A DNA stretch of 63,359 bases from a virus (taxonomy: Duplodnaviria > Heunggongvirae > Uroviricota > Caudoviricetes): IMG/VR virus record IMGVR_UViG_3300013288_000004, positions 1 through 63,359 of that record, one strand, 5' to 3'. The notes under the pieces were generated by a model that made no database searches, was not told the origin of the DNA, and was given only the letters and a program-made list of their open reading frames with translations. Position 1 is the first letter of the stretch. The number at the start of each line of letters is the position of its first letter. This document shows positions 30,552 to 40,316 of the stretch, piece after piece. The translations under genes were made by a program, and so were the position numbers.

Positions 30552-31299
30552 TTCTTATGACTAGTTAGAACACATCACTTGTGTAAAAATACTCATGTTT
30601 TTGGAAATGGTGTTATATCTAGTGCGCAAAAAATGCGTGAAGGTCTCGTCTATCATGTAATAAGAGGACCATTGACCAAGAATGTATTAGAATCTACTGG
30701 AATTAATGTAGGTAATGTTACATATGGTGATCCGGCTCTTTTGCTCCCAACTATTTATAATAATAAATCCATAAAAAAACAATATAAATTAGGAATTATT
30801 CCACATCAAATAGAATATAATGATATGGTTAACTTTATAAATGAGCATAAATCTAATTTCGCTAACACAATAGTATTAAACGCTACTACACCAACGGCAA
30901 TATCTATGGAAAACTTTATAGACCAAATACTTAGTTGTGAAAAAATAATATCTTCCAGCTTGCACGGAATAATAACATCGCACGCATATAGAGTACCAGC
31001 GATTTGGTTAAAATTTTCTGATAAATTATGGGGAGATGGTATAAAATTCAGAGATTATTTCGCTAGTGTTGGTGTTGAGGACATTTCACCAATTACAATG
31101 ATCAATAGTGAAAATGTATCAATTGATAATTATATACCAACATTAGATATAAGAAATATAGAAAATAATATGCCTTGGAATGTACAATTTCCAGAATGTT
31201 TTTACGCCGATGATACAGATCCAGAGTTTAATATAAAAACAAATATGATAAAAAATCCAATTCGATCTAAAGATTATTGGAACACTTTCTCAGAAGAAT

Positions 31300-31764
31300 T
31301 TAGTAATTATCAATCAAATAATTGTAAAATGTAAATGCATCAGTATCCCAATCTGTACATTTTCTAATTAATGAATTGACACAATAATCTCTATCGGGGT
31401 CAATATCCGAAATACTTCCAATATTATGATCTTGAAATTCAGAAGACACCCTAACTTCCATGGAACGAATGGAACCCATCGCAGATGGCGTATAAATCAT
31501 GGAACCATATTTATTGCCCACAGTATAAATTGTTGGTAATGTTTTTTCCAAATCACATATATTGTGTATATTGTTTTCGTCTTTGAAAAATAAAGCTAGA
31601 CGAATGTTAGCTTTTATTTTGTTTTTGTAAAATTGGTGAACAGCTAAAGCCACCATTCCAGAGTTTCCACCAGATAGGTCTTTGTTCATTTGTGAAAGAA
31701 TCTTATAAATTCTATTCATCGTGTTGGTCTGGTGGCCCTCTTCCAATATGTCAGCCATGTTCAT
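31300..31764 (-). CDS. Hypothetical protein (N-terminus ADILEE)
   Basis: 154-aa ORF coupled to the upstream virion gene. Confidence 0.55.
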   Translation of the reverse strand: MNMADILEEGHQTNTMNRIYKILSQMNKDLSGGNSGMVALAVHQFYKNKIKANIRLALFFKDENNIHNICDLEKTLPTIYTVGNKYGSMIYTPSAMGSIRSMEVRVSSEFQDHNIGSISDIDPDRDYCVNSLIRKCTDWDTDAFTFYNYLIDNY

Positions 31765-32969
31765 TATCCGACCACCTGATTAATTTCTGCATCACTTGTT
31801 TCTCCTACTGATAGGGTCAAGATGTATTCTATGGTTATGGAACGATTAGCAGATTTCAATATAGGACTGAAGATAAAGTGAGTTAACAGTCTTTCTCTTT
31901 CGTTAGATGGATTGATTGGATCATTTTGTACGCCAGCGTTTTGTCCATTCACAGGTTCTATGTTACAATTTGCACAAACACCATTAGTGATAGCGTTGAA
32001 AAAATCTGTTGACACTGTTTCACATGTCAAAACAACAGACGAATTCACCCCAGTTGTTTTACTTTGAACAGTTAAATATCCATAACTTTGTTTATTAATT
32101 ATAGTTGTGTAGACACCTTCTGAATCATCGGTGATATAAAAATATACATAATCATTCATCTGTGAACCCGATGATATCCAAGAACCATCATTTATGCCTT
32201 CACATATATCACCATATGTTAACTCACCTGATAAGCCAGTACCAGATGCCGGTGTTGTTATACCACAAGTATATGTTGTACCATCAATAGTTATTTCCAT
32301 TGAATAGGTAGTATTAACTGCTAAATTAGAGTTTGTTGTAGATGTTTTATTACCAACGTCTACATTACTGTAACCATTAGTATTTCTTGCTGGTTTACCC
32401 GGACTGTATAAACCTATTTCATCGAATAGAAAACATGTTTCGTTTTCTTCAACTGTAATACCAAGATCATCCGACAACACTTGACCAGAAGGTTCGTTTT
32501 CATTTAATACGGATATGATCGTTATATTAGACTTTAAACCAACTTCAGTTGATACTACACCCCCTCCCGGAGGATCAGAACTCGAATCATCTCCACCACC
32601 TATGCGGACATTTGACGAATCTGCTGATCCGGGATCAGTGCCAAAATATATACTATCTTCGTCCACTACTTCAGAATATGTTTCATTGTACAAACGCGAT
32701 TGCCAACCGTCTACCGCACCAGTATTGGGTGCTTTGAAGATAGTATTACCTGCGCTATCCTGAAAACTTGCCCCATTTCCATAGGCTATGCGGTGAATTA
32801 TGGAATTTGGTTCGTTAGCTAAAGCCCTTGCCAAGATTCTTGCCATGTTCTGTGGATGGATAGCATTGGAGCCTTGATGAATGATTTCTTGCGTATCAGT
32901 GTACTTTATGGTAATGTGTGTCGTCATTGAGACTGGTAAAGAATCAGATTTCATTAAGTAAAACTCCAA
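31764..32969 (-). CDS. Putative baseplate/tail-collar virion protein
   Basis: IIHQGSNAIH, IAYGNG, LFDEIGLY, LLTHFIFSPILKSANRSITIEYIL; exact TATAAATA upstream (32987-32994, minus). Confidence 0.7.
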   Translation of the reverse strand: MEFYLMKSDSLPVSMTTHITIKYTDTQEIIHQGSNAIHPQNMARILARALANEPNSIIHRIAYGNGASFQDSAGNTIFKAPNTGAVDGWQSRLYNETYSEVVDEDSIYFGTDPGSADSSNVRIGGGDDSSSDPPGGGVVSTEVGLKSNITIISVLNENEPSGQVLSDDLGITVEENETCFLFDEIGLYSPGKPARNTNGYSNVDVGNKTSTTNSNLAVNTTYSMEITIDGTTYTCGITTPASGTGLSGELTYGDICEGINDGSWISSGSQMNDYVYFYITDDSEGVYTTIINKQSYGYLTVQSKTTGVNSSVVLTCETVSTDFFNAITNGVCANCNIEPVNGQNAGVQNDPINPSNERERLLTHFIFSPILKSANRSITIEYILTLSVGETSDAEINQVVG

Positions 32970-33015
32970 ATATTATTGTTCTGAACTATTTATAGCAAAT
33001 TAAAAAGGTAAAGTC

Positions 33016-33888
33016 ATGAGTGCGATCAAAGCGTTACACAAAGTTGGTAAATTAAGCCTGTCAAAGGACTTTATGTCTGATATTGTATTTGAGGGGGTGA
33101 CTGGCTCAACTGCTTATAATTCTAGTATAGAAAATAAGAGTGACCTAGACATTTATGGTATTTGTATGTTGCCACTGGACATGGCATTTCCACATAGAAC
33201 TGGATATATCAGAGGTTTTGGTCCAGCGCCGGAATACTTTGAAACGATGAATCAGCACCATATCCAACACAATGATAAAGAATATGATATCAACATCATT
33301 TCTATCGTTAAATTTTTTAATCTTGCAGCAGAAAACAATCCAAATATTGTGGATGTTTTATTTTTGCCACAGCGCTGTGTATTATCCGAGGATCAGGTTG
33401 GTAAGCATTTGAGATCTGCTCGTCATCAATTCTTACACAAAGGTAGTGTACAAAAGTTTCTGGGGTATGCGCATTCTCAGCTTAAGAAGATGGAAAATAA
33501 AGAACCTATTGGTAAACGTAAAGAATTAGTGGAAAAGTACTCCTATGATACAAAGTATGCGGGCCATCTAGTTCGTCTATGCTTAGAATGTGAACAGATT
33601 CTGACAGAAAAGGATTTGAATCTTGAAAAGAATGGTGATATCCTCAAGTCCGTTCGTAATGGTATGTATACTTTAGATGAACTTAAAACATGGTTTAAAG
33701 AGAAAGAAATTTCTTTACAGAAATTGTATGTGGAATCCAAGATTCCGTATGCTCCAGATTGGACATATCTGCGTACACTATTGATTCAGTGTTTTGAAAT
33801 TCGTTATGGAAACATCAACGAAGTCAATCAGGAAATTTTAGCGTACAAAGATCGCCTAGAACAAATTAGAAAATTAACGGAAATCTAA
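33016..33888 (+). CDS. RlaP/YcgL-family pol-beta nucleotidyltransferase
   Basis: GSTAY, SDLDIYGI, NNPNIVDVLF, YDTKYAGHLVRL. Confidence 0.85.
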   Translation: MSAIKALHKVGKLSLSKDFMSDIVFEGVTGSTAYNSSIENKSDLDIYGICMLPLDMAFPHRTGYIRGFGPAPEYFETMNQHHIQHNDKEYDINIISIVKFFNLAAENNPNIVDVLFLPQRCVLSEDQVGKHLRSARHQFLHKGSVQKFLGYAHSQLKKMENKEPIGKRKELVEKYSYDTKYAGHLVRLCLECEQILTEKDLNLEKNGDILKSVRNGMYTLDELKTWFKEKEISLQKLYVESKIPYAPDWTYLRTLLIQCFEIRYGNINEVNQEILAYKDRLEQIRKLTEI

Positions 33889-33891
33889 ATC

Positions 33892-34671
33892 ATGAGCATT
33901 GATAGAATATCATTTGTGGGTGTGGATAATAGAACAAATTTCAGCGAGTTGAAGAGACTCGCTGAAATTTCTATGGTCAAATTAGAATTTGGCGTATTAT
34001 ATAGTGAGACCAAAAAGGATAATCGTTACCCAGATGGACTAGTAATCGATAATTTGTCATCTTATGTGAATGGACAATTGCCATATTCTACTTCTTTACA
34101 TTTGTGTGGTACTAGTGTTCAGAAATTTCTTTCATATGACAGAGAATTTTTATCTAACCTTCTCCATTATGAAATTGATGACGGGGTGTATCAAAATGAA
34201 TTTGATGCCGTGCAGTTAAACTTTGTATTAAAGCCTGAACAAAACATTGAAAAGTTGGTACATGATGCTGTAAGATCATGTTGGTTGTTGGGGATAAGAG
34301 ACCTAATATTTCAAGCAAATAAATCAAAAACTAAGCTTGTGCAATATCTACAAGATTTAGACCCTGAAACATATAAGGATGATGTAAATATCAGATTATT
34401 GTTTGACGGGTCCGGTGGTTTTGGGAGAGAAATTTCAAATATCGAAAAACCGTTTAAAAACTTCTACACTGGATACGCTGGTGGAATCAAACCAGAAAAT
34501 ATACATGATATAGCATATAAAGTAGAAATAGAATCTGGCGCAACTCCTGTATACTTAGATATGGAATCTGGCGTTAGAGAAGATAACTGGCTATCCATAA
34601 ATAAATGCGAAAAAATAATCGAATGTGTAAATAAATTGAAACAAAATAATGTATGGGAAACTGTAGAATGA
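33892..34671 (+). CDS. TIM-barrel protein, phosphoribosylanthranilate-isomerase-like
   Basis: LEFGVLYS, SLHLCG, LLFDGSGGFG, GYAGGIKPENI, LDMESGVR. Confidence 0.75.
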   Translation: MSIDRISFVGVDNRTNFSELKRLAEISMVKLEFGVLYSETKKDNRYPDGLVIDNLSSYVNGQLPYSTSLHLCGTSVQKFLSYDREFLSNLLHYEIDDGVYQNEFDAVQLNFVLKPEQNIEKLVHDAVRSCWLLGIRDLIFQANKSKTKLVQYLQDLDPETYKDDVNIRLLFDGSGGFGREISNIEKPFKNFYTGYAGGIKPENIHDIAYKVEIESGATPVYLDMESGVREDNWLSINKCEKIIECVNKLKQNNVWETVE

Positions 34672-36617
34672 CAGAAGTAGTAAATGAATTTGATAATAAT
34701 TATATCGATCTTTGTAAGAAGATCATAAATCAAGGTTTCGTTCAACAAAACCAACGAACAAAGAAGCGGTGTGCAACCATATTTGGAGATTATAGAGAAT
34801 ATGATTTGAGCACTGGCAAATTTCCATTATTAACTACAAAGCAAATGGACATCAAGCCAATTGCTGCTGAACTGTTAGGTTTCATTCGTGGTTATACAAA
34901 CGCTGCCGATTTTAGAAAAGCCGGATGTAAAATTTGGGATGCTAATGCAAACAAAACTCAAGCGTGGTTGGACAATCCTAACCGTAAAGGTGAGGATGAC
35001 TTAGGGCGTATCTATGGCGCTCAGGCGAGAGATTGGCGTAAGCCTGATGGAACATCCGTAGATCAGTTAAAATCTGTTGTAGAGCGTCTGAATAAGCGTA
35101 GTGATGATCGTAGACTGATAGTTACTCATTGGAATCCGGGGGAGTTGGATCAAATGGCATTGCCGCCGTGTTTTAAAGCTGGTACTTTAGTTTTAACAAA
35201 AAACGGATATAAAAAAATTGAAGATATTACAAAAGAAGATCAAGTTTTTTGTGACGATGGATCTTGGGATAATGTCACAGAAATATTTAAAACTCCTTAT
35301 GAAAAATCTCTTAGAGAAATAAAACTTAGATATATTTCCGATAAAATATATTCAACGAGTAACCATCCATTTTTAATCAAAGATAAAGGATATATTGAAA
35401 TCAAAGATGTTGATAAAAGCGATTTCTTTGCGATTAAAAAATTTGTATCAAAAAATATAGTACCAGAATTTATATTGAATGTTGCTAAACATTGTAAATT
35501 TGTAGAATCTGACAAATTAAAATTAATAAATGTATCAGATGATAAGAATATTAGGACATATAAGTTAACTTTAACAGAAGATGATATGTATACGCTTGGT
35601 TACTTCGTTGGAGATGGATGGTATACAAAAAAATCTAAAAACCGAATAAGTTTTGCTATAGCAAATAAAGACGTTGATAATATATTACCAAAAATAAGAA
35701 AAACAATAAAAATTTCCATTAAAAATGATAAAAGAACCGCGAATAATGCTGTTAGAACTTACGAGACAAAAAGTTTATTGTGGTCTAATGTAGTAGAACA
35801 ATTTGGTCATAAAGCATTTGGAAAAAAAATACCACAATGGGTTCTAGACTCTCCCAAAGAATTCCGAGAACATTTTTTAAATGGTTATTTTTCTGCTGAT
35901 GGTAATTTTCAAGCTAAAAATAGAGAATTAAAACAGTTTGTAACAACTTCAAGAGAGTTGGCTCTTGGTATACAAATTCTTGGTAGTTCATTAAATCAAT
36001 TTTATGCAATACAGGAAAGCATAAGACATCCTACATGTATTATTCAGGGGCGAACAGTAAATCAGAGAAATTTCTTCACTTTAAGAGAAATCAATCTTTG
36101 TAATAATAAATACTTAGAAGTTGACGAAGATTTTTTCTGGATTAAAAATGAATATATAATAGAGTCAGAATCAACTGATTTCGTATATAATTTTTCAACT
36201 AGAAGAACTCATAGTTACAGTGTAAATAACATTATTACTCATAATTGTCACATGACGTATATGTTTGGTATAGAGAGCGATAAATTACATTTATCTATGG
36301 TGCAGCGCAGCATGGACGCGCCACTTGGCTGCCCATACAACATAGCATCATATTCATTACTTCTACTGTTAATGTGTAGAATAACTGGGTTACGACCCGG
36401 AAAATTCTGCCATTTTGCATGGAATGCGCATATATATCAAGATCAAATGGACGGCATTATACACCAAATAACAAGACAACCATATCCGGCCCCATCTATA
36501 TGGATTGATGAACGTATTAAGAGTCTAGAAGATTTAGAAACATGGGTAACTACAGACTGCTTTAAGATGATTGATTATCAACATCATCCAAAAATTGTCT
36601 TTCCATTCTCGGAGTAA
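34668..36617 (+). CDS. thyA: Thymidylate synthase containing an intein
   Basis: FPLLTTK, IWDANA, DLGRIYGAQ, DRRLIV..WNP, MALPP|intein|CH, QRSMD..LG.PYNIASY, AHIY. Confidence 0.96.
   Translation: MTEVVNEFDNNYIDLCKKIINQGFVQQNQRTKKRCATIFGDYREYDLSTGKFPLLTTKQMDIKPIAAELLGFIRGYTNAADFRKAGCKIWDANANKTQAWLDNPNRKGEDDLGRIYGAQARDWRKPDGTSVDQLKSVVERLNKRSDDRRLIVTHWNPGELDQMALPPCFKAGTLVLTKNGYKKIEDITKEDQVFCDDGSWDNVTEIFKTPYEKSLREIKLRYISDKIYSTSNHPFLIKDKGYIEIKDVDKSDFFAIKKFVSKNIVPEFILNVAKHCKFVESDKLKLINVSDDKNIRTYKLTLTEDDMYTLGYFVGDGWYTKKSKNRISFAIANKDVDNILPKIRKTIKISIKNDKRTANNAVRTYETKSLLWSNVVEQFGHKAFGKKIPQWVLDSPKEFREHFLNGYFSADGNFQAKNRELKQFVTTSRELALGIQILGSSLNQFYAIQESIRHPTCIIQGRTVNQRNFFTLREINLCNNKYLEVDEDFFWIKNEYIIESESTDFVYNFSTRRTHSYSVNNIITHNCHMTYMFGIESDKLHLSMVQRSMDAPLGCPYNIASYSLLLLLMCRITGLRPGKFCHFAWNAHIYQDQMDGIIHQITRQPYPAPSIWIDERIKSLEDLETWVTTDCFKMIDYQHHPKIVFPFSE
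35169..36245 (+). mobile_element. Intein (359 aa) with a LAGLIDADG homing endonuclease, inserted at the ThyA catalytic Cys
   Basis: Block A CFKAGTLV, block B TSNHPF, endonuclease motifs LGYFVGDG and FLNGYFSADG, terminal ITHN followed by Cys. Confidence 0.95.
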
Positions 36618-36619
36618 TT

Positions 36620-36874
36620 ATGAACAAAAAATTAATAAACATTTTACTATCAAGTTTCTTATTAGGAGCATTTCTAGGAGTATTAATAGGAATCTCCGTA
36701 AAATATCCCACAAGAGCGGCAACGTTAGCAGTGTTGACACAATTATGCCAAGATCATGGCGGCTGGGATACTACAATGGTCAGTATAACGGGTAAATTTT
36801 ATACAGTTACTTGTAAAGATGGTGTAGAACTTAATATTCAAAAAGTGCCAGTTGCAACACCTATTGACAAATAA
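36620..36874 (+). CDS. Small membrane or secreted protein
   Basis: N-terminal hydrophobic helix; GGAG RBS. Confidence 0.6.
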   Translation: MNKKLINILLSSFLLGAFLGVLIGISVKYPTRAATLAVLTQLCQDHGGWDTTMVSITGKFYTVTCKDGVELNIQKVPVATPIDK

Positions 36875-37183
36875 TCAATGTTCATTCATAGCCGATAATT
36901 CACCATCAATGACCAGAACATTAGCGAATCCAGACACTTCTGTTGAAAATGTGATGGTAATATAATTGTTGGTAATAACAACGTTCGCAGGAATGATCAA
37001 TTCATTTGTAGCATTGAAAGTCTGGACTATTACATTTTCAGTATTATAATTATGTATTACGTCCCATTGTGAAGATTCGTATGGAAAATTAAATTGTTTA
37101 ACATCACTGGCAATATCTATAACTTCTCCACTAAATGATGAAGAAATTTTATCAAATTGTAATTTTCTTAAGTTGTCAAACAT
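36875..37183 (-). CDS. Virion protein with a W.V.HN beta-repeat unit
   Basis: SQWDVIHNY...VQTF...ITITFSTEVSG.A; minus-strand TAAATA upstream. Confidence 0.6.
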   Translation of the reverse strand: MFDNLRKLQFDKISSSFSGEVIDIASDVKQFNFPYESSQWDVIHNYNTENVIVQTFNATNELIIPANVVITNNYITITFSTEVSGFANVLVIDGELSAMNEH

Positions 37184-37224
37184 GCGTCTTCACTGTTGAT
37201 CACATATTTATGATTCGACATTTA

Positions 37225-38004
37225 TCATAGTGAAAATACTACTATTTCAGCTACCGTAGCACTATTTAATGTTATTTCTACCGTATTATCACTGGTATAC
37301 AGTACATCATATGTAGATGTGTTTAATTTCCTACTGGTAAGTTTGTCAAAAACTTCAACTACGCAATATTGTACTCCAAGTCCATGCGTTAATACATATT
37401 CAGTTTGAGAAGTTTCCGATGAATATCTATAAAAACAACGTTTATTATTAAAATTTTCTGTTTCGGAATTCCAACAAATTAGATCATTATCTAGTAATAC
37501 CCCCACCGTTTCATAATCCTGTAATGATGTTAACCTAACATTTCCATAATTCTCTATGGCATCTTCTAAACTTAAATTTACAAAAACCCCAGAAGAAAAT
37601 ATTAATATGTCCGCATCTTCTGGTGTGGCTAATACAATATCTTGAAGGTCTGCTAAAGAATCTTGATTTATGTTTGTTATGGCTTGGTCTAATTGAATTA
37701 TGACATCAAGAAGAGAATTGTCAGAAGTAAGGTCAGAGACATTATTAAGTTCGTTAAACGGTGTAGGGTCAAATGATAGATCATTATTAATCCACGGTCC
37801 TAAAGTAGTGATAAGTGGAGACTCATTATCAGTGTCTGAAAATTGTAGTAATTTATAACCGGAACCATTATTGAAATATAGCTTTCCGTCAGAAGCGATT
37901 AATCTGTTAGAATCTACGCTCGTTAAATCGATAGACTCTATCGACTCAAGATGTAGTCCAAAAATTGACCCGTTTATTAATTCAATATCACCATAATATT
38001 TCAT
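37225..38004 (-). CDS. Virion/tail-fibre-associated protein
   Basis: LADLQD/LTSLQD fibre-like repeats; C-terminal LTHGLG..VEV unit; TATAAATA at 38027-38034 (minus). Confidence 0.65.
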   Translation of the reverse strand: MKYYGDIELINGSIFGLHLESIESIDLTSVDSNRLIASDGKLYFNNGSGYKLLQFSDTDNESPLITTLGPWINNDLSFDPTPFNELNNVSDLTSDNSLLDVIIQLDQAITNINQDSLADLQDIVLATPEDADILIFSSGVFVNLSLEDAIENYGNVRLTSLQDYETVGVLLDNDLICWNSETENFNNKRCFYRYSSETSQTEYVLTHGLGVQYCVVEVFDKLTSRKLNTSTYDVLYTSDNTVEITLNSATVAEIVVFSL

Positions 38005-38109
38005 TCATATTTTCCAAATATAACAATATTTATAAATTATGCAGCGGTCATTAGGTTTCTACGATAATTTTAAATGAATCTTCTGTGAGAACATATCCAA
38101 TATTCTCAT

Positions 38110-39243
38110 TTAATATAACGGAGTTACTGTTGGTGTCACTGTGGCTGTTACAGAAGGTGTCACTGTAGGTGTAACAGTCGATGTTGGAGTCACTGTTGGT
38201 GTTACGGAAAGTGTGACCGTAGATGTAACCGACATAGTTGGTGTTGTGGTTGGGGTGTTTGAAACAGTAGGTGTGACAGAAGGTGTCGGCGAAGGATTTA
38301 AATATATAGGTTCTTGTGGGTAAAAATCTATTATATTTCTACCTAATATAATGCCAGCCTTTTGTATGATACCACTATCAGTAACCGTTATATTAGTAGT
38401 TAACTGGCCATTTTCATCACAGAACAGGTTTTTATTTGTTTGTTGTGGTTCGAATAACCAAGAATTATTTACTATTTCCCCTCTAGTTATAAATTTGACT
38501 ATTTGGCCAATTGAAAAATTTCCAATAGATATTGCAAAAAACGGAGTACTATTATCCGCAACAACTATGTTACCATTACTATCCATAGTTAATAGTGATA
38601 AAGCTGGTATATATTCGCCAGCTATACCATAATATGTAGAATTATTTAATAATATATTTGTAGAATTTTTCCAAGTGTTTATATTATCTTCATAATCTAC
38701 TTCTGTAGTAAAAGAATAATTATCACCGTCCTGTATTCTTAAAGGAATATGATTTTTTGATTGTAATATGTTACCAGATGTTGCAACTCTAGATGATGCA
38801 ACTTGAGTACCAGTATGATAAGGCTGTACTTTATTATTTTCGCACGTTGCAACTATTATCTGAATAATATTAACCCATTGATATCCATTCCATTGAAACA
38901 TTCTATTATTTGATAGATTAAAGAACGTGTCTCCAATGTCAGGAGAAGGAAAGTCTGTCCCAAATCTGTTTTCTGGATTAATAGTTGTTGTTATGTATTC
39001 GAGTTTTCCAGTGAAATTATTTAATCTTAGTAGTAACCACGTTTTTTCTGTAGTGGTAACATTCCACGCATTGGTTTTGTCTTGTATCTCTATGAAATAG
39101 TCTCTTATGCCATGCGCCATAGTGCATGTTATTGTTTTTTTGGTGTTTACTATAGAAACATATCCATTAGAAAATTTGAATGGATTATGTATTCCGTCCC
39201 AAGAGTATATTAGTCCATTGGAGAAATTAGTTCTCACTATCAT
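38110..39243 (-). CDS. Virion protein with a C-terminal mucin-like Thr/Pro tract
   Basis: GDTFFN..MFQWNG..W fibre motif, decoration-protein-like domain, then about 55 aa of (V/S)TPT. Confidence 0.7.
   Translation of the reverse strand: MIVRTNFSNGLIYSWDGIHNPFKFSNGYVSIVNTKKTITCTMAHGIRDYFIEIQDKTNAWNVTTTEKTWLLLRLNNFTGKLEYITTTINPENRFGTDFPSPDIGDTFFNLSNNRMFQWNGYQWVNIIQIIVATCENNKVQPYHTGTQVASSRVATSGNILQSKNHIPLRIQDGDNYSFTTEVDYEDNINTWKNSTNILLNNSTYYGIAGEYIPALSLLTMDSNGNIVVADNSTPFFAISIGNFSIGQIVKFITRGEIVNNSWLFEPQQTNKNLFCDENGQLTTNITVTDSGIIQKAGIILGRNIIDFYPQEPIYLNPSPTPSVTPTVSNTPTTTPTMSVTSTVTLSVTPTVTPTSTVTPTVTPSVTATVTPTVTPLY
38119..38292 (-). repeat. Degenerate coding repeat encoding (VTPT/VTPS)n
   Basis: Peptide PSPTPSVTPTVSNTPTTTPTMSVTSTVTLSVTPTVTPTSTVTPTVTPSVTATVTPTVTP with varied codons. 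Confidence 0.85.
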
Positions 39244-40289
39244 GAGACTTTCCTTATTTGTGGATAAGTATTCTCAATAGCCTCAGAATCGATATAAACT
39301 TCACCGTCAACATATGTCATGTGCCAATATTGTGTATCTATTATTTCACCAAGATCTAGAATATTATCTAAAGTTTTATCTGGTATTTTATGCGGAGGTC
39401 TGCTTAATAATATAAAAGCTCCTCTGGAAGGAATTGTTTGTTCTATTCCAGCTCCATAATTAATGCGTATGAAACGTAACTTTGTACCATTTGGTATATC
39501 AGTGAATGTTAAATTAGCATTGTCAAATGTTGTGAATTGAAGAATGTTTTTCATTTTCACATAATAGTTTCTTCTATTTCGTATTAATATCTCATTAGTA
39601 CCAATCCAAGGCGATGTCACTTGTTCTACTGGTATATCTTCAAAACATACAATCTCTTCTTCATTAGGTTTGGTGATTCCTATTTCTAATTGAATATCAC
39701 CAATATCATAAAGGTCCACTGGCAAAGATGGAGTTGGTGTTATAGTTGGTGTTGAATCGAATTTTGTTAACAATTTTGGAATTGCAAATGAAAATGTACC
39801 ACCAACTGTAACTTGGGTCATATTCTGTGTATTTGTTGGAGGTAGGATTGAATCCGCGTTAGAAGTTCTAGAAATGCAATGCGCTACTCCAGAAACATTA
39901 TCTAATTGTATTGTTAAATTGTTAGCATCTGTATAATTTACCGTATAACTGGAATTGTCTAACTTCTGTATACCATTTGATGTATTAATAAAAACAACAA
40001 CAAATGGATGATTGTTTAGATCGTGTTTAATTCTCCATACGGTATTAGCATTTATTTGCTCATGTTTGAAGAATTTATTTCTACTATTAAATTCTAATAA
40101 CTCTTCAATTTCGTTATCGAAGTAATTATATGTCTCCCTGACGTTATATGGATTTCTGGCCAGAGGCTTCATCTTACCCATGCAACCATTAGTCAATATA
40201 CAACGCCCAACAATAGTCAACCCTTGCTGTTTTTCCAGCAATTCTACTTCTCTCTTGCAAACGTTACATTTATATTGGATAGTTGACAT
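39240..40289 (-). CDS. Virion structural protein with an N-terminal Cys cluster and a short TPT tract
   Basis: YKCNVCKR..RCILTNGC, VWRIKHDL, STPTITPTPS; minus-strand TAAATA upstream. Confidence 0.6.
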   Translation of the reverse strand: MSTIQYKCNVCKREVELLEKQQGLTIVGRCILTNGCMGKMKPLARNPYNVRETYNYFDNEIEELLEFNSRNKFFKHEQINANTVWRIKHDLNNHPFVVVFINTSNGIQKLDNSSYTVNYTDANNLTIQLDNVSGVAHCISRTSNADSILPPTNTQNMTQVTVGGTFSFAIPKLLTKFDSTPTITPTPSLPVDLYDIGDIQLEIGITKPNEEEIVCFEDIPVEQVTSPWIGTNEILIRNRRNYYVKMKNILQFTTFDNANLTFTDIPNGTKLRFIRINYGAGIEQTIPSRGAFILLSRPPHKIPDKTLDNILDLGEIIDTQYWHMTYVDGEVYIDSEAIENTYPQIRKVS

Positions 40290-40316
40290 TATAATTCTGT
40301 TTTATAGTTTTATTTA

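Larger units (their letters stand above)
29013..30572 (-). mobile_element. Non-autonomous IS607-family element (truncated tnpA plus tnpB), 1,560 bp
   Basis: AACA at both junctions (29009-29012 and 30569-30572); removing the element restores the host ORF; TAGTTA near both ends. Confidence 0.88.
28866..31334 (+). pseudogene. Polysaccharide pyruvyl transferase (ExoV/WcaK-like) interrupted by the IS607-family element
   Basis: 5' part 28866-29012 (MNRLKINFIPSDNFGDALN...LVGSTLT) joins in frame to the 3' part from 30573 (HHLCKNTHVFGNG..IRGPLT..GDPALL..GIIPH..SSSLHGII..AY.VP..KFRDYF). Confidence 0.88.

Noticed and set aside
29013-30572. IStron or self-splicing intron that would restore the pyruvyl transferase
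   Set aside because: The element is antisense to the host gene and almost fully occupied by tnpA-HTH and tnpB, leaving no room for a group I core; the length being a multiple of 3 is irrelevant because an in-frame TAA follows the junction
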